Positions 8,178 to 18,928 of a DNA stretch of 64,000 nt are shown piece after piece; position 1 is the stretch's first letter, and each line of letters begins with the position of its first letter. The position numbers and the translations under genes were made by a program. Source of the DNA: an uncultured Gammaproteobacteria bacterium (GTDB taxonomy: Bacteria; Patescibacteriota; Microgenomatia; Levybacterales; GWA1-39-11); assembly GCA_964537315.1 (NCBI GenBank), contig CAZIAP010000002.1, positions 107,237-171,236 on the forward strand, read 5' to 3'. The notes beneath the pieces are model-generated. The model was not told the origin of the DNA and did not search any database. It was given only the letters and a program-made list of their open reading frames with translations.

Positions 8178-10034
8178 TTAAAAAAAATCAGGATCATTGT
8201 TTAAGGTTTGTTTTAAATTTTTCTCTAAAACCTTCGTTGGAAGTTCCATAATGAATCTGGAAACGGTGGGTGTGATTCTTTGTCCAAAAAACAATCTTCT
8301 CTTTGCAAAAGTAAGAGTAAGTTTTGTTTTTGCTCGCGTTATTCCGACGTAACAAAGACGACGTTCTTCTTCCAGCTCTGACGTGTCATATAGTGCTTGA
8401 CTATGAGGAAAAATTCCCTCTTCCATACCGACAATAAATACCATTGCAAACTCAAGTCCTTTGGCTGCGTGCAAAGTCATCAAGGTAATTGCATTTGGTC
8501 TGATTGCACCTTTCATGGATTTATCAGACGCATATTCCTGCTCTACTAAAGCAACATTTTGCAAGAATTCGACTAAGTTTGGAAATTCCAGAGCCACAGA
8601 ACGAAGCTCTCTGATATTTTCCAGGCGAGCTTCATCTTCAGGATCGTGAGGATCGTACATTTCTAAGTACTGAGTTTTTCTTAACACCTCATCAAGAATC
8701 TCAATGGTCGACTTTGTTTCTCGGTATCCTCCTTCATCAAATTCTACAAGGTATTCCAAGAAATAAGATAATCTTTTTTTCCCAAGTTTAGTTATTCTAT
8801 TAAGCGCGACGGCATCTTTTTGTGTGCATAAGTAAGATAGATAAGAGAGCACATCTTTTATTTCTTTTCTCTCATAAAACCGTAATCCTCCTATAAGTAC
8901 ATACGGAATGCCGTGGTGAAGCAATACTTCCTCGATCGTACGTGATTGTGCATTCATACGATATAGAATAGCAACGTCTGCGTAAGTTAAGGATGGATGA
9001 TGATCCATCTCGTTGTGAATAAGTTTAATAATTTGTTCTACTTCCTGGTGCTCGTTTTCTGTCTGTACAATTTTCAGATCGTCTCCACTGGGATTTTCAG
9101 TCCATAGATTAAGAACGGGATGGGAGGTATTATTTGAAATCACACTATACGCAGCATCCAGTATGTTTTGAGTAGAACGATAGTTTTGTGATAACGGAAA
9201 TACTTTGCTTTTCGGAAAGTCTTGCTGAAATTTTTTAAGATTTCGAAAATCAGCACCACGAAAACTATAAATACTTTGAGAGAAATCTCCTACAATACAG
9301 ACATTATGGTACTTTCCAGAAAGCAGCAAGGTGAGCTCGTATTGAGCATGATTCGTATCTTGATACTCATCGATCAGAATATATCTGAATTGATTTTGAT
9401 ATTTTTCAAGTATCTCGGGCTGTGTTCTGAAAAGCCTGATTGTCTCAAGCATAAGGTCGTCAAAATCTAAGGCCTCTCTATCTTTCATTAGTTGTTGATA
9501 TATAGGATATATTTTTGCTACGTTTTCCTGAAATCTTCCCCTGGCAAACGAGGCATAAGTTGCCGGATCAATTAACTGATTTTTATTCTGAGAAATTGCT
9601 GATAATACTGAGCGGGGCTTTGCATCTTTTATGGTTAAGGAAAGCATATTCATGGCGTCTTTTACTGTTTGTATCTGGTCTGCAGTATCGTAAATCAGAT
9701 AGTTTCGGGTGATACCTATAGCTTCACCATCGACCCTTAAGATCCGGGCGCAGAGCGAATGAAAAGTACCAACTGTCGGAGGTGAAGCCTGCAATCCGGA
9801 GGCATGTAGAGCGTGTAGAATCCTTTCCTTCATCTCACCAGCTGCTTTATTTGTGAACGTAACCATAAGAATATTATGAGGTGCAATGCCTTTTTCTTGT
9901 ATAAGATATAGAACTTTATGAACTAGAACCCTGGTTTTTCCGCTTCCTGCACCTGCAAGTACAATGGTGGGTCCTTCAGTTGCTAGAACTGCTTCTTTTT
10001 GTTCATCGTTTAATTTATTGAGAATTGTATTCAT
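8178..10034 (-). CDS. uvrD: UvrD/PcrA-family ATP-dependent DNA helicase (compact, 618 aa)
   Basis: Walker A LAGAGSGKTRVLVHKV, motif II ILIDEYQDTN, motif IV YRSTQNIL and downstream helicase motifs VGITRAK. Confidence 0.85.
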   Translation of the reverse strand: MNTILNKLNDEQKEAVLATEGPTIVLAGAGSGKTRVLVHKVLYLIQEKGIAPHNILMVTFTNKAAGEMKERILHALHASGLQASPPTVGTFHSLCARILRVDGEAIGITRNYLIYDTADQIQTVKDAMNMLSLTIKDAKPRSVLSAISQNKNQLIDPATYASFARGRFQENVAKIYPIYQQLMKDREALDFDDLMLETIRLFRTQPEILEKYQNQFRYILIDEYQDTNHAQYELTLLLSGKYHNVCIVGDFSQSIYSFRGADFRNLKKFQQDFPKSKVFPLSQNYRSTQNILDAAYSVISNNTSHPVLNLWTENPSGDDLKIVQTENEHQEVEQIIKLIHNEMDHHPSLTYADVAILYRMNAQSRTIEEVLLHHGIPYVLIGGLRFYERKEIKDVLSYLSYLCTQKDAVALNRITKLGKKRLSYFLEYLVEFDEGGYRETKSTIEILDEVLRKTQYLEMYDPHDPEDEARLENIRELRSVALEFPNLVEFLQNVALVEQEYASDKSMKGAIRPNAITLMTLHAAKGLEFAMVFIVGMEEGIFPHSQALYDTSELEEERRLCYVGITRAKTKLTLTFAKRRLFFGQRITPTVSRFIMELPTKVLEKNLKQTLNNDPDFF

Positions 10035-10129
10035 AAGTTGTTATAATATTTCGAGGAGAGTATCACTTATTATATTGGTACACGCGCCTAGATACAACCG
10101 TTTAGAAGACAGAACACTTTCCCAAACCT

Positions 10130-10810
10130 ATGAAAAACCTAATTGCTGCGAATTGGAAATCTAATAAAAGCTTACAAGAAGTAAAAGATTTCTTCGAAAA
10201 TCTTTCGGATAGATCTGAACAGTTAAGTGTCTCTAATACGGAAGTTCTTATTTGTCCGTCATTTCCTTTTCTCGAGGTAAGTAGGCAGATCATTAATGAC
10301 AAGAAACTCTCTGTTTTACTAGGTGCGCAGAACATCTCACCTTTTTCTCAAGGTGCGTATACAGGAGAGGTTGCAGCGAGCCAAGTAAGTGAACTTTTGG
10401 ATTTTGTCATAATCGGACATTCAGAAAGGCGTAGGTATTTTAAAGAAGATGAGGAGTTAATATCCAAGAAAGTGCAACAGGCACAGGAAGCCGGTCTTCG
10501 TGTAATACTCTGCGTTCAGGATGAACAGAACATGGTTTATGAAGGGGTGGATACAGTAGCTTACGAACCCATTGAAGCAATTGGAACAGGGCGTCCTGAT
10601 GAACCTGATCATGTAGCACAAGTACTGAGCCACATACACAATCAATATCCTTCAGTAAGACTACTTTACGGAGGAAGCGTTGATAAAAATTCTATTCATA
10701 ATTATACTAACATTCCTCTCATAAACGGCTTTCTAGTAGGAGGGGCAAGTTTAGAAGCTGAATCATTTCTTCATCTAATTAAAGCATGCGACACAAAAAA
10801 CTCTCAATAG
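10130..10810 (+). CDS. tpiA: Triosephosphate isomerase
   Basis: AANWKSNKS (the substrate-binding N/K pair), IIGHSERR (catalytic His loop), and the AYEPIEAIGTG catalytic Glu loop. Confidence 0.85.
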   Translation: MKNLIAANWKSNKSLQEVKDFFENLSDRSEQLSVSNTEVLICPSFPFLEVSRQIINDKKLSVLLGAQNISPFSQGAYTGEVAASQVSELLDFVIIGHSERRRYFKEDEELISKKVQQAQEAGLRVILCVQDEQNMVYEGVDTVAYEPIEAIGTGRPDEPDHVAQVLSHIHNQYPSVRLLYGGSVDKNSIHNYTNIPLINGFLVGGASLEAESFLHLIKACDTKNSQ

Positions 10811-11913
10811 CGGCAATCATTTTAGTCATAATTTTACTGCTCGGATTTCAGTATCTACGCATTGCAATCCCATTCTTATATGAACTATTCATAAAAAAAG
10901 ATATTGAGCTTGTCCAAGAAAAAGAAGAGTCGTTAAATATTTTACTTCTGGGTATTGGGGGTGGTACTCATGAAGGGCCTGAGCTTACTGATACCATAAT
11001 CCTTGCTAATATAAATCCAACAAAGAATGAAGTTAGTATGTTCTCTCTTCCTCGGGACTTATGGGTTCCGGAGCTGAAAGACCGAATTAACTCCGCATAT
11101 GCGATTGGGCAAAGTAAAGATAAAAAAGGCATGATATTGGCAAAAGCAGTTGTAGAAAAAGTGACCGGTCATCATGTTGATTACGTCTTTGTAATTGATT
11201 TTGCAGGATTTGTAAAAGGTGTAGATCATCTTGGTGGTATAGAAGTTGATGTTAAAAGAGCTTTTGATGATTATGAGTATCCTATTTCTGGAAAAGAGAA
11301 TGATCTTTGCGGATTAACAGAAGAAGATCTGGAGCAATTAGTCTCTACAGCTGAGGCAGAGTTAGGTGTTGATATTTTTCCTTGTAGATATAAACACCTC
11401 TCTTTTAAAAAAGGATTACAAGAAATGGACGGTAAAACAGCTTTAGAGTTTGTACGTTCGCGACATGCTACGGGTAATGAAGGATCTGATTTTGCCAGAT
11501 CTATGAGACAACAAGAAGTAATCGCTGCACTTCGCAATAAAATGCTTTCTTTAGGAATTTTATTAAACCCTGTTAAAGTTTTTGGCCTGATTAATATCGT
11601 GCAGGAACACACAAACACAGATATTAAAAAAGAAGAATATGATGACTTTATTAAACTAGCACGAAAATTTGAGAATGCTCAAGTGAAGAGTCATATTATT
11701 ACAATGACTGATGAGGCTTCTGAAAAATATGGATTATTGATTAATCCTCCTATTTCACAGGAGTATGGGTATAAATGGGTTTTAATTCCTAGAAAAGGAA
11801 ACGGAGAGTTTTCAGAGATTAAGGAATATATTGACTGTGTTGAAAATGGTAATTTGTGTGAAATTACAGCAAATGGGATAATAGTTGCTTCCGAAATTGA
11901 GAAAAATAATTAG
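10786..11913 (+). CDS. LytR-CpsA-Psr (LCP) family cell-wall glycopolymer ligase
   Basis: N-terminal TM followed by LNILLLGIGGGTHEGPELTDTIILANINPTKNEVSMFSLPRDLWV, the LCP domain signature. Includes conserved Arg and Asp residues. Confidence 0.8.
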   Translation: MRHKKLSIAAIILVIILLLGFQYLRIAIPFLYELFIKKDIELVQEKEESLNILLLGIGGGTHEGPELTDTIILANINPTKNEVSMFSLPRDLWVPELKDRINSAYAIGQSKDKKGMILAKAVVEKVTGHHVDYVFVIDFAGFVKGVDHLGGIEVDVKRAFDDYEYPISGKENDLCGLTEEDLEQLVSTAEAELGVDIFPCRYKHLSFKKGLQEMDGKTALEFVRSRHATGNEGSDFARSMRQQEVIAALRNKMLSLGILLNPVKVFGLINIVQEHTNTDIKKEEYDDFIKLARKFENAQVKSHIITMTDEASEKYGLLINPPISQEYGYKWVLIPRKGNGEFSEIKEYIDCVENGNLCEITANGIIVASEIEKNN

Positions 11914-14042
11914 TTTCTACGTACTTTAATTATAGTTACTTCATCATTTTGATAAACAATATTTCCAAGTGCTCTAAATTTATCTATCTTAATTTCAGGG
12001 TAATGTTCCCGCTCAAGGTTGCCAATATATATATACTCTACGTCATATTTTTCGATTAGTTGTCTTGTTTCTGGAAAAGATGGTGATTCGTATAATAGCT
12101 TTACATCGCTAACACGAGGAGCTGGAACGTCATAACTTCCGCGCCACAACCATTCATGAACTGTCCATCCTAATACTGTAGGAAGACCAGTATTTGAAGA
12201 TATTCTTGCATGGTCTGTATAGGAATCTCCTTGTGATTCAAGTATAACCGGCTGACCGACTATGTTTTTATTAATCCATTGAATAGCTTGATAATCAGAG
12301 GGATAGCGATCTTTTAGGTAAGCTGTTCCATCAATGCCCCGATATTCAGTTAAATCATTGTAGTATGAATACACTGCAAAACGCGGGTAAATTAATACTA
12401 AAGTTACAAGCGCAAACGAGATGACTGTAAGGACAATTTTTTTACGTGGTAGTATAACAGTCGCAATCACTATGGCACTGACTAACGATAGCATGATAAA
12501 TGCCTGGTATGTAAGCTTAAACATGGTGTTTGCTCTGTAGTGATCCGGATAGATGTCTTTTACATAAACAAACTCGGGAATTATAATTAAAAAAGTTGAG
12601 ACTATAGCTAAAATTACAGAAAAGATATAAGGTATATGTACTCGCGCTGATACACGTCTCCATAAAAAGATAAAAAGAATTGTTACAAAAAAGTAGAAAA
12701 ATCCATATAGTACAAGCAACATCCACCACTCAGATCTCTGACAGTGATCTGGCTCGAATAGAAATGGTCCCAGCTTTCCAATATTAGTTAAAAACTCGGG
12801 TGAGCAAAGTACTCCAATATCTGAAGCAAAAGGCTTAAAGTTTATGCTAAATGGGAGAGTGAATAATGCAGCACTAGCAAGAACAGTCACAAAAGTTTTT
12901 GAACCTTCTAGCAAAAATTGTTGAAGAGGGAATGCTCTCCTCTTGTTTCCTTTCTTTTTATCTGGAAGATTTTTGCGAATAAGAATATATCCAATAACGG
13001 CGAAAGAAAGTAAAAAATATATGCCTGTATCCAGTACATTCGTCATATACATTACAGCTAGGATAAATCCTAGTAGAAGATTTCTTAGGAGTGTAAGTTT
13101 TTGTGTATATAAAAGCGTGTATAAAAATGCAATACAGAGAAGAACGATTGGTATATCGAGTACATGACCGTGAAGGTCTGAAACGACAAAAGAGTAAATT
13201 GGGAACTCATGAATAGTATTGGGAATAAAACGTGTAGCGTTTGGATACCAGTACCCATTTGTAAAAAGTGAGAGGGGTTGAAATGCAAGCTGCCAGAAAG
13301 GAACGGGGTCTTCAGGTGGAGTGTATGCTGTAAAAAACGCATATATAACATGCAAGTTGCCTGCAAGACTTACTAATACAGCTGATAATAGTCCTGTAAC
13401 TATACTTTTTCGTGTAGAAAACTTAAGGTGACTTGCAATAGTATGTCCAATAGAAAAACTTGTAGTCATGGCAAATGCAAATATTGCTGCAATCATCATA
13501 TTGTAAGTATAGTTCGATGGAACAAACGAAAGTTTAGTGAGTACTGCTGTTACCAGGTGTCCAAAATAATAATAGTTTATTGAAAACGGAGGGAACCACA
13601 TATCAAGTGGAGGAAAAAACTTGGTTCTAAGTATTGAGTTTACAAAACCGAAGTCCATGAATTTTTCTAGTCCATTAATGCTTGGTTCGTGCCCTCTTAC
13701 ATACGTCCATGCAGCAAGAGACAGTAAGAATAATATCTCTTCTATTATCCAGACAATTAAAGTATTGTGGGTGATTTTTAGCTTGTATTTCCTTATAACT
13801 ACGATATTTATTACTGCAAGAAGTACTATAATTGCGAGTAACGATGGTATTGTAAATGGAAGAAGCTGTATGGTTCCAAATACAAACATAAGATAAGAAA
13901 TTGTGATTGCTGCTATAATTTTTGAAAAGATGTACCCTTTATCTATAAAAGAAGAAAAGATGAGAGAAGAAATCGGAAGAGTTATTAAACCGATTAAAAA
14001 AAATATTCCGTACCACTGTAAGAAGGCTATAATATCTACCAT
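11910..14042 (-). CDS. DUF2298 / 'chlor_Arch_YYY' family large polytopic membrane protein (predicted GT-C-like glycosyltransferase)
   Basis: 710 aa with more than 15 TM helices. Contains the eponymous NYYYFGH motif and a C-terminal soluble domain. Assignment is recalled from TIGR03662. Confidence 0.5.
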   Translation of the reverse strand: MVDIIAFLQWYGIFFLIGLITLPISSLIFSSFIDKGYIFSKIIAAITISYLMFVFGTIQLLPFTIPSLLAIIVLLAVINIVVIRKYKLKITHNTLIVWIIEEILFLLSLAAWTYVRGHEPSINGLEKFMDFGFVNSILRTKFFPPLDMWFPPFSINYYYFGHLVTAVLTKLSFVPSNYTYNMMIAAIFAFAMTTSFSIGHTIASHLKFSTRKSIVTGLLSAVLVSLAGNLHVIYAFFTAYTPPEDPVPFWQLAFQPLSLFTNGYWYPNATRFIPNTIHEFPIYSFVVSDLHGHVLDIPIVLLCIAFLYTLLYTQKLTLLRNLLLGFILAVMYMTNVLDTGIYFLLSFAVIGYILIRKNLPDKKKGNKRRAFPLQQFLLEGSKTFVTVLASAALFTLPFSINFKPFASDIGVLCSPEFLTNIGKLGPFLFEPDHCQRSEWWMLLVLYGFFYFFVTILFIFLWRRVSARVHIPYIFSVILAIVSTFLIIIPEFVYVKDIYPDHYRANTMFKLTYQAFIMLSLVSAIVIATVILPRKKIVLTVISFALVTLVLIYPRFAVYSYYNDLTEYRGIDGTAYLKDRYPSDYQAIQWINKNIVGQPVILESQGDSYTDHARISSNTGLPTVLGWTVHEWLWRGSYDVPAPRVSDVKLLYESPSFPETRQLIEKYDVEYIYIGNLEREHYPEIKIDKFRALGNIVYQNDEVTIIKVRRN

Positions 14043-14620
14043 AGATTTTTAAGATCAGAAGCATTATTGATTTTTTTTATATTCTCAAATGGTACATACC
14101 GTTTTGAAACTTTGCTTGTATCGACCCAGAAAAATTTAATTTTAGGATTGTTTTTTGCAAGGTACATTAAAAGATCAAGATCATCATCAACGAAGTGTGT
14201 AATATTTAATTTTTTCATTAATCGATCCTTAAATAAGTGAGGTTGTTCATTTTGAAAATTAAAATGAATTTCTTGGAAATACTTTTCAAGATCATGTTTT
14301 TTTATCCAGTGTTTGGTACGTTTTTCCAAAAATCCAAATCTTCCTGAAACTAAAAATACTGGAATTTTCTTTTTTGACAGTTTTTTAACTACATCTAAGT
14401 TTTCGGTGATTGGATGTCTAAATAATGGAAAGTGAGATAAAATTCTTATCTTTTGCTCTATTTTTCCCGGAAATCGGTAAGTGAGAGTTTTACTACGTTT
14501 TTTATAAATCCAGTTAATAAACTGATCCGGAATTAGAGGAGGATAATGTACTAAAACTTTATCAAAATCAAACCCTATATGAACATCTGGTTGCTTTTGT
14601 TTTGTTTTTTTTGCTTTCAT
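14036..14620 (-). CDS. HAD-superfamily-like hydrolase (tentative)
   Basis: N-terminus VHIGFDFDKVLV fits HAD motif I (DxDx[TV]). The remainder is weakly informative. Confidence 0.35.
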   Translation of the reverse strand: MKAKKTKQKQPDVHIGFDFDKVLVHYPPLIPDQFINWIYKKRSKTLTYRFPGKIEQKIRILSHFPLFRHPITENLDVVKKLSKKKIPVFLVSGRFGFLEKRTKHWIKKHDLEKYFQEIHFNFQNEQPHLFKDRLMKKLNITHFVDDDLDLLMYLAKNNPKIKFFWVDTSKVSKRYVPFENIKKINNASDLKNLW

Positions 14621-15663
14621 ACAAAACGATTCAAGAGATCAAGTAGTTTAAAGTTCCAGATGGTCCTGTGTGTTGTACCCGTATTGCCGATAAACTCTTT
14701 ACGGTGTTTTTTATACCAGTCATAACTTTCGGTTAAAATTTCTTTGTTAGATTTTGTGGGTTTAAAAGATAGATACTTTTTCGCTTTATCAATCGATACA
14801 TATGAATCAACTGGAAGTGTTTTATAGTGCCATGCAACAATTGGAGAAAGATTCATCTTTTCGAGTACTGCTAGAATTGCTTGTGAAGCTTTAACCGGAA
14901 AGCCTACAATTTTTGATTTAGATTTTGCATGTTTTATGAGCGCTCCAAGATCTTCTGCCCATGTATCATATTTATCCGTTCCTACATTAAATATTTCTCC
15001 TGATTTTCTGGATAGAAGCGCTGCTTCAATCGCTTTACATAAGTCGTTTACTTCTAATAATTGATATAAGTTATGTCCTTTTCCAAGCATAAATACCGGT
15101 TTATTTTGATAAATTGCTTCAAACCATAATGTAAAAACACCTAATCTTTCAGGGCCTAAAAATGTTTTAGGACGAAGAACATTAACTTTTAAACCTTTTT
15201 TGTGATATTTCAAACAAAGATTTTCTCCAAATTGTTTGGATTCTCCATAATGTCCGATTGGAGCAATAGGATCTGTTTCTCTTTCCGGTAAATGTTTAGG
15301 AACACCATATAGAGCAGTGCTGGAAATAAATACAACGCGTTTAACTTTTGACTTAAGTGAAGCATCAAGTACATTTTTTGTGCCAGTGACATTAACATCC
15401 ATGATAGTTTTGCGATCATGCTGAATAGGAAGTGCTGCCGCTGCATGTACCACATATTGGGGTCGATATTTTTTGAAAATTTCTAAAAGCTTTTTTTTAT
15501 TACGTATATCAGCATGTTCTACTAATACTTTTTTTTGTAAATCTACTGCTGTTAATTCTGCAACGTCAAGAAGAACTACCTTATATTTATTTTTAACAAA
15601 ATGGCGTGCGAGGTAAACACCGAGAAATCCTGTGCCACCAGTAATTAAGACCGTCTTGTTCAT
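14617..15663 (-). CDS. NAD-dependent epimerase/dehydratase (extended SDR)
   Basis: VLITGGTGFLGVYLARHF Rossmann motif, catalytic YxxxK (YGESK), 348 aa. Confidence 0.8.
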   Translation of the reverse strand: MNKTVLITGGTGFLGVYLARHFVKNKYKVVLLDVAELTAVDLQKKVLVEHADIRNKKKLLEIFKKYRPQYVVHAAAALPIQHDRKTIMDVNVTGTKNVLDASLKSKVKRVVFISSTALYGVPKHLPERETDPIAPIGHYGESKQFGENLCLKYHKKGLKVNVLRPKTFLGPERLGVFTLWFEAIYQNKPVFMLGKGHNLYQLLEVNDLCKAIEAALLSRKSGEIFNVGTDKYDTWAEDLGALIKHAKSKSKIVGFPVKASQAILAVLEKMNLSPIVAWHYKTLPVDSYVSIDKAKKYLSFKPTKSNKEILTESYDWYKKHRKEFIGNTGTTHRTIWNFKLLDLLNRFV

Positions 15664-15704
15664 ACAAGCTATTGTACATATTTAATTCGAAAATAACAAT
15701 AATT

Positions 15705-17234
15705 TTATTGAGATATGGAAACAAAGATTGAGGTTTTAGTACACCCCACACAAGGAATACCAGAATGAAAATTTACAATGCTATGTGTAGCTTTTGGAAG
15801 TATTTCTTTTTCAATAAAATACAGAGTGCTTGATTTCTGTGTTGAATCTATAGGAATAATAAGTGTAGTGTTGGGTGTCTGAAGTACTTGGAGTAACTGG
15901 GACAAATTCAAATCAGACACTTTCGTTTTTTTATATGTTAATGAGTGGATCACGGGATGGGCAGAGTAAGTATGAGGAGTGGCAAGTAAATATACTTTAC
16001 CAGAAAGTGTAGACGCATACGCTCCAATACTTCCATTAGGTTCTATCCAGTTATAGTATGCGCGGTTATTAACAGAGTAATCGTAAAAATACAGTTTCAG
16101 GTTTAATAGTGCAATCGCACACACTACTACTACTTGAAAAATAAGTGCCTGCTTACTAGATTTCAAAAAACTTGTAAGGAATAGAGAAATTCCAATAAGT
16201 ACGAAAGGTATACAAAGAATAAGTCGGGTAGATAAAGGTGGAGACTCCGTGAATGAAACAAGAAATACAACTCCAAAAATGCAAAGTAATATAAAAAGTG
16301 TAATTTTATTTATAGTTCTTTTGATAATTCCAACAGTGCAATACACAATAAATAGTATAAAAACAGTCGATGAAAGAGGATCAAGCAACGGTGAGTTACC
16401 ATATTGATTACTGTTATCTTTCAAAGTAAAAAATCCAATAAAATTTTCTTTAAACTGCAGGAATAAAATTTTTATCATTGAGGTTGTTCCCCATTTATCA
16501 AAAAAAATTTGAGAATTAGAAAAAACTGTTACTTGTGCTTCACGTTCTAAAAAATTACTATTGGGTTGAATTATATAAATGACTAATGGAAAGCAAATAA
16601 TTGCAGCTCCTACAAAAAATGCTAAGTAGTGCTTCCATTTATCCTTGTTCCAGTAAAGCGTAAGAAAGAGAATTGTTATAGGAAGAATAATTTTTGCTCC
16701 GGTATAAGAGTAAAACGAAAGAGCTGCAAATGCTCCTGAAAAAATGGGGAAAATTAAGTTATCTTTATCCTTGATTTTATTTGCAATATACAATGAAGCA
16801 GTTATAAAAAACACTGCTTGAATATTAGGAAAATTTGTTCGGGAATATGCTAGGAGCACGTGAGAAGACCCCGCAAGAACCGCAGCAATGATACCTGTTC
16901 TTTGGTTAAAGAGATCTTTAACTAGAAGGTAAATAAATATAACAGAAAATGAGCCAAATATTACAGATTGCAACCTAATTATTCCTGGCTCTGTTCCAAA
17001 TAAATAAAGAAATATTGCTGTTAAAATATTTCCGATTACAGTAATGCTGTAGAAGGTTTCGAAAGGGTGCTGTGTTTGTTCAATTAACGAAATTGCAGCG
17101 GATGTCATTAATCCTTCATCGATATGTAGGGGTGCGGGATAACTATCAAGGAAAAGAGCTCGAGCTAGCGTAGAAAAAAATATTATTATAATGATTACGC
17201 TATTTCTCTTGAATTGTTTTTTTAAATTTTTCAC
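15705..17234 (-). CDS. GT-C-fold membrane glycosyltransferase (PMT/ArnT, GT39/GT83-like)
   Basis: N-terminal TM, then a DE motif in the first extracytoplasmic loop (PLHIDEGLMTSAA). About 11 TMs and a C-terminal soluble domain. Confidence 0.55.
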   Translation of the reverse strand: MKNLKKQFKRNSVIIIIIFFSTLARALFLDSYPAPLHIDEGLMTSAAISLIEQTQHPFETFYSITVIGNILTAIFLYLFGTEPGIIRLQSVIFGSFSVIFIYLLVKDLFNQRTGIIAAVLAGSSHVLLAYSRTNFPNIQAVFFITASLYIANKIKDKDNLIFPIFSGAFAALSFYSYTGAKIILPITILFLTLYWNKDKWKHYLAFFVGAAIICFPLVIYIIQPNSNFLEREAQVTVFSNSQIFFDKWGTTSMIKILFLQFKENFIGFFTLKDNSNQYGNSPLLDPLSSTVFILFIVYCTVGIIKRTINKITLFILLCIFGVVFLVSFTESPPLSTRLILCIPFVLIGISLFLTSFLKSSKQALIFQVVVVCAIALLNLKLYFYDYSVNNRAYYNWIEPNGSIGAYASTLSGKVYLLATPHTYSAHPVIHSLTYKKTKVSDLNLSQLLQVLQTPNTTLIIPIDSTQKSSTLYFIEKEILPKATHSIVNFHSGIPCVGCTKTSIFVSISQ

Positions 17235-18928
17235 TGTTTTTTAAATATTAAGACTTTTGGATGATCATAGACGGAAAATGACTCATCTGCAGATTGATCA
17301 TTAATTTGAATATTTGTCAAAGGAATTGTGGGATAGTTTGTAAACTCGGCAACCTTAGTAAACCCAAGTTCACCGGAGAAAAGGAGCTGATAGTAAGCCG
17401 CGGTTTGTTTATAGCATCGTCCTTCCGGTAATTCTTCACAGTTGGTTAGTTTTTGAAGAGGTATATAAAGACGATTTGAAGCGAGGACGATATAGTCAGT
17501 GTTTTGTAATTTTTCCTCCATGAGCAGCCATTTTTCCGGCGTGTCATGGTCATATAGCGGGTACTCAATATGTACGTATCTTTCTCCTCCGTATAGTGGT
17601 AAATGATCATCCCAGTGCTCTACTCCGAGGGTACTTCCGGAGGGAACATTTTTGTGTATCCATTCAGACGCATTAATGCGAGGATGAGTTTGTGTATAAA
17701 TCTTCATAAATGACATTGGCCAGATCAAAATGGCTAAGATAGTCAGGATTAATATGGGAATTTTTATGGATAGATAACGAAGTTTTTTTAGTACTTTTAT
17801 TCCCACAATGAGAATTGAAAGTGATGTAAATAACGCAAAGTAAGGATAAAGTGGAAGCATGTATCGCATCCAACCCACAGCAAATCCTCCGACAAGCGCA
17901 AAGTACGTGAGACAAAAAATCAACAAACTTACGAGAACAATTGATACAGGCTTGTTTTTTCTATTAATAACTAGCCTTACCGCAACACCCAAACCGCAAG
18001 CAGACAGTATGCTTTGTACTGGTCCTAAACCCCAAAAAAATATATTTTCTAGTTCGTAAATATAAGGGAGCTTTCCGACATACTGCAGAGTATATGGAAA
18101 AGTAAATGCACTTTTAGTCATTTCGGATTGTAACGTCGTATCACGAATAAAAGATTGAAAATCAATGAACACGTACGGCTGACAAATAAACGCTGTAATT
18201 ACTGTTACTACAGTTAAGACTACAAGTTGTAATCCTAAAGAGATAACATGCTGCAGAGTAAAAACTTTTTTTAGTTCTTTAATTTTCAGAGAAGAAGCCG
18301 AACCTAAAGATAACAAAATTAAAATCGGTAGAATGATTGGAAATGCACTTATTTTAGTAGATAGCGCAAGACCAAAACTAATGGCTGTAAACACTAGGTA
18401 CCTCATTTTTTTTGTAAGGTAAAATCTTACCCCAAAGTAAAAAGCAGCTGTCATAAAAAAAGTAAGTAGTATATCAACAGCATAAAAATGAGATGCCTGG
18501 ATAGGGAAGACACTTATTCCGTAAATGGCTGCGCTTAAAAATCCAACAGATTTAGAATGTATAAGTCTTCCAATTAGAAAAATAAAAATTAATGTACCTA
18601 TATCAGCAGTTGCTGATATAAATCTCCCAACTATCAGCTGGTTTGCAAAACTTGACCAATCCAAATCTATAGTTTTTGCAATTTCACCTAAAATCTTTAA
18701 AAGGTATAACGGTAAACTGCCATATGCAAAAAAATCGGGATTTAGGGGGCTGTCAGCAGAGAAAAACTGAGAAACTGATGTGGGAAAAGAAATATTACCT
18801 ACGAACATGACTATTGCTCGTTCATCAGGGTGAAGACTGAAACCTTGATCCCAATGAATAGAAAACGTACGAAGTATAAATGCGATTATGCAGATACCAA
18901 ATAACAGTAATATATGTTTGTTAGTCAT
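17231..18928 (-). CDS. GT-C-fold membrane glycosyltransferase, 'HPDER' paralog 1
   Basis: First loop GFSLHPDERAIVMF and polytopic. It is a paralog of the next gene. Internal start at 18928 is preferred because it reduces the overlap with the upstream gene to 8 nt. Confidence 0.55.
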   Translation of the reverse strand: MTNKHILLLFGICIIAFILRTFSIHWDQGFSLHPDERAIVMFVGNISFPTSVSQFFSADSPLNPDFFAYGSLPLYLLKILGEIAKTIDLDWSSFANQLIVGRFISATADIGTLIFIFLIGRLIHSKSVGFLSAAIYGISVFPIQASHFYAVDILLTFFMTAAFYFGVRFYLTKKMRYLVFTAISFGLALSTKISAFPIILPILILLSLGSASSLKIKELKKVFTLQHVISLGLQLVVLTVVTVITAFICQPYVFIDFQSFIRDTTLQSEMTKSAFTFPYTLQYVGKLPYIYELENIFFWGLGPVQSILSACGLGVAVRLVINRKNKPVSIVLVSLLIFCLTYFALVGGFAVGWMRYMLPLYPYFALFTSLSILIVGIKVLKKLRYLSIKIPILILTILAILIWPMSFMKIYTQTHPRINASEWIHKNVPSGSTLGVEHWDDHLPLYGGERYVHIEYPLYDHDTPEKWLLMEEKLQNTDYIVLASNRLYIPLQKLTNCEELPEGRCYKQTAAYYQLLFSGELGFTKVAEFTNYPTIPLTNIQINDQSADESFSVYDHPKVLIFKKQ

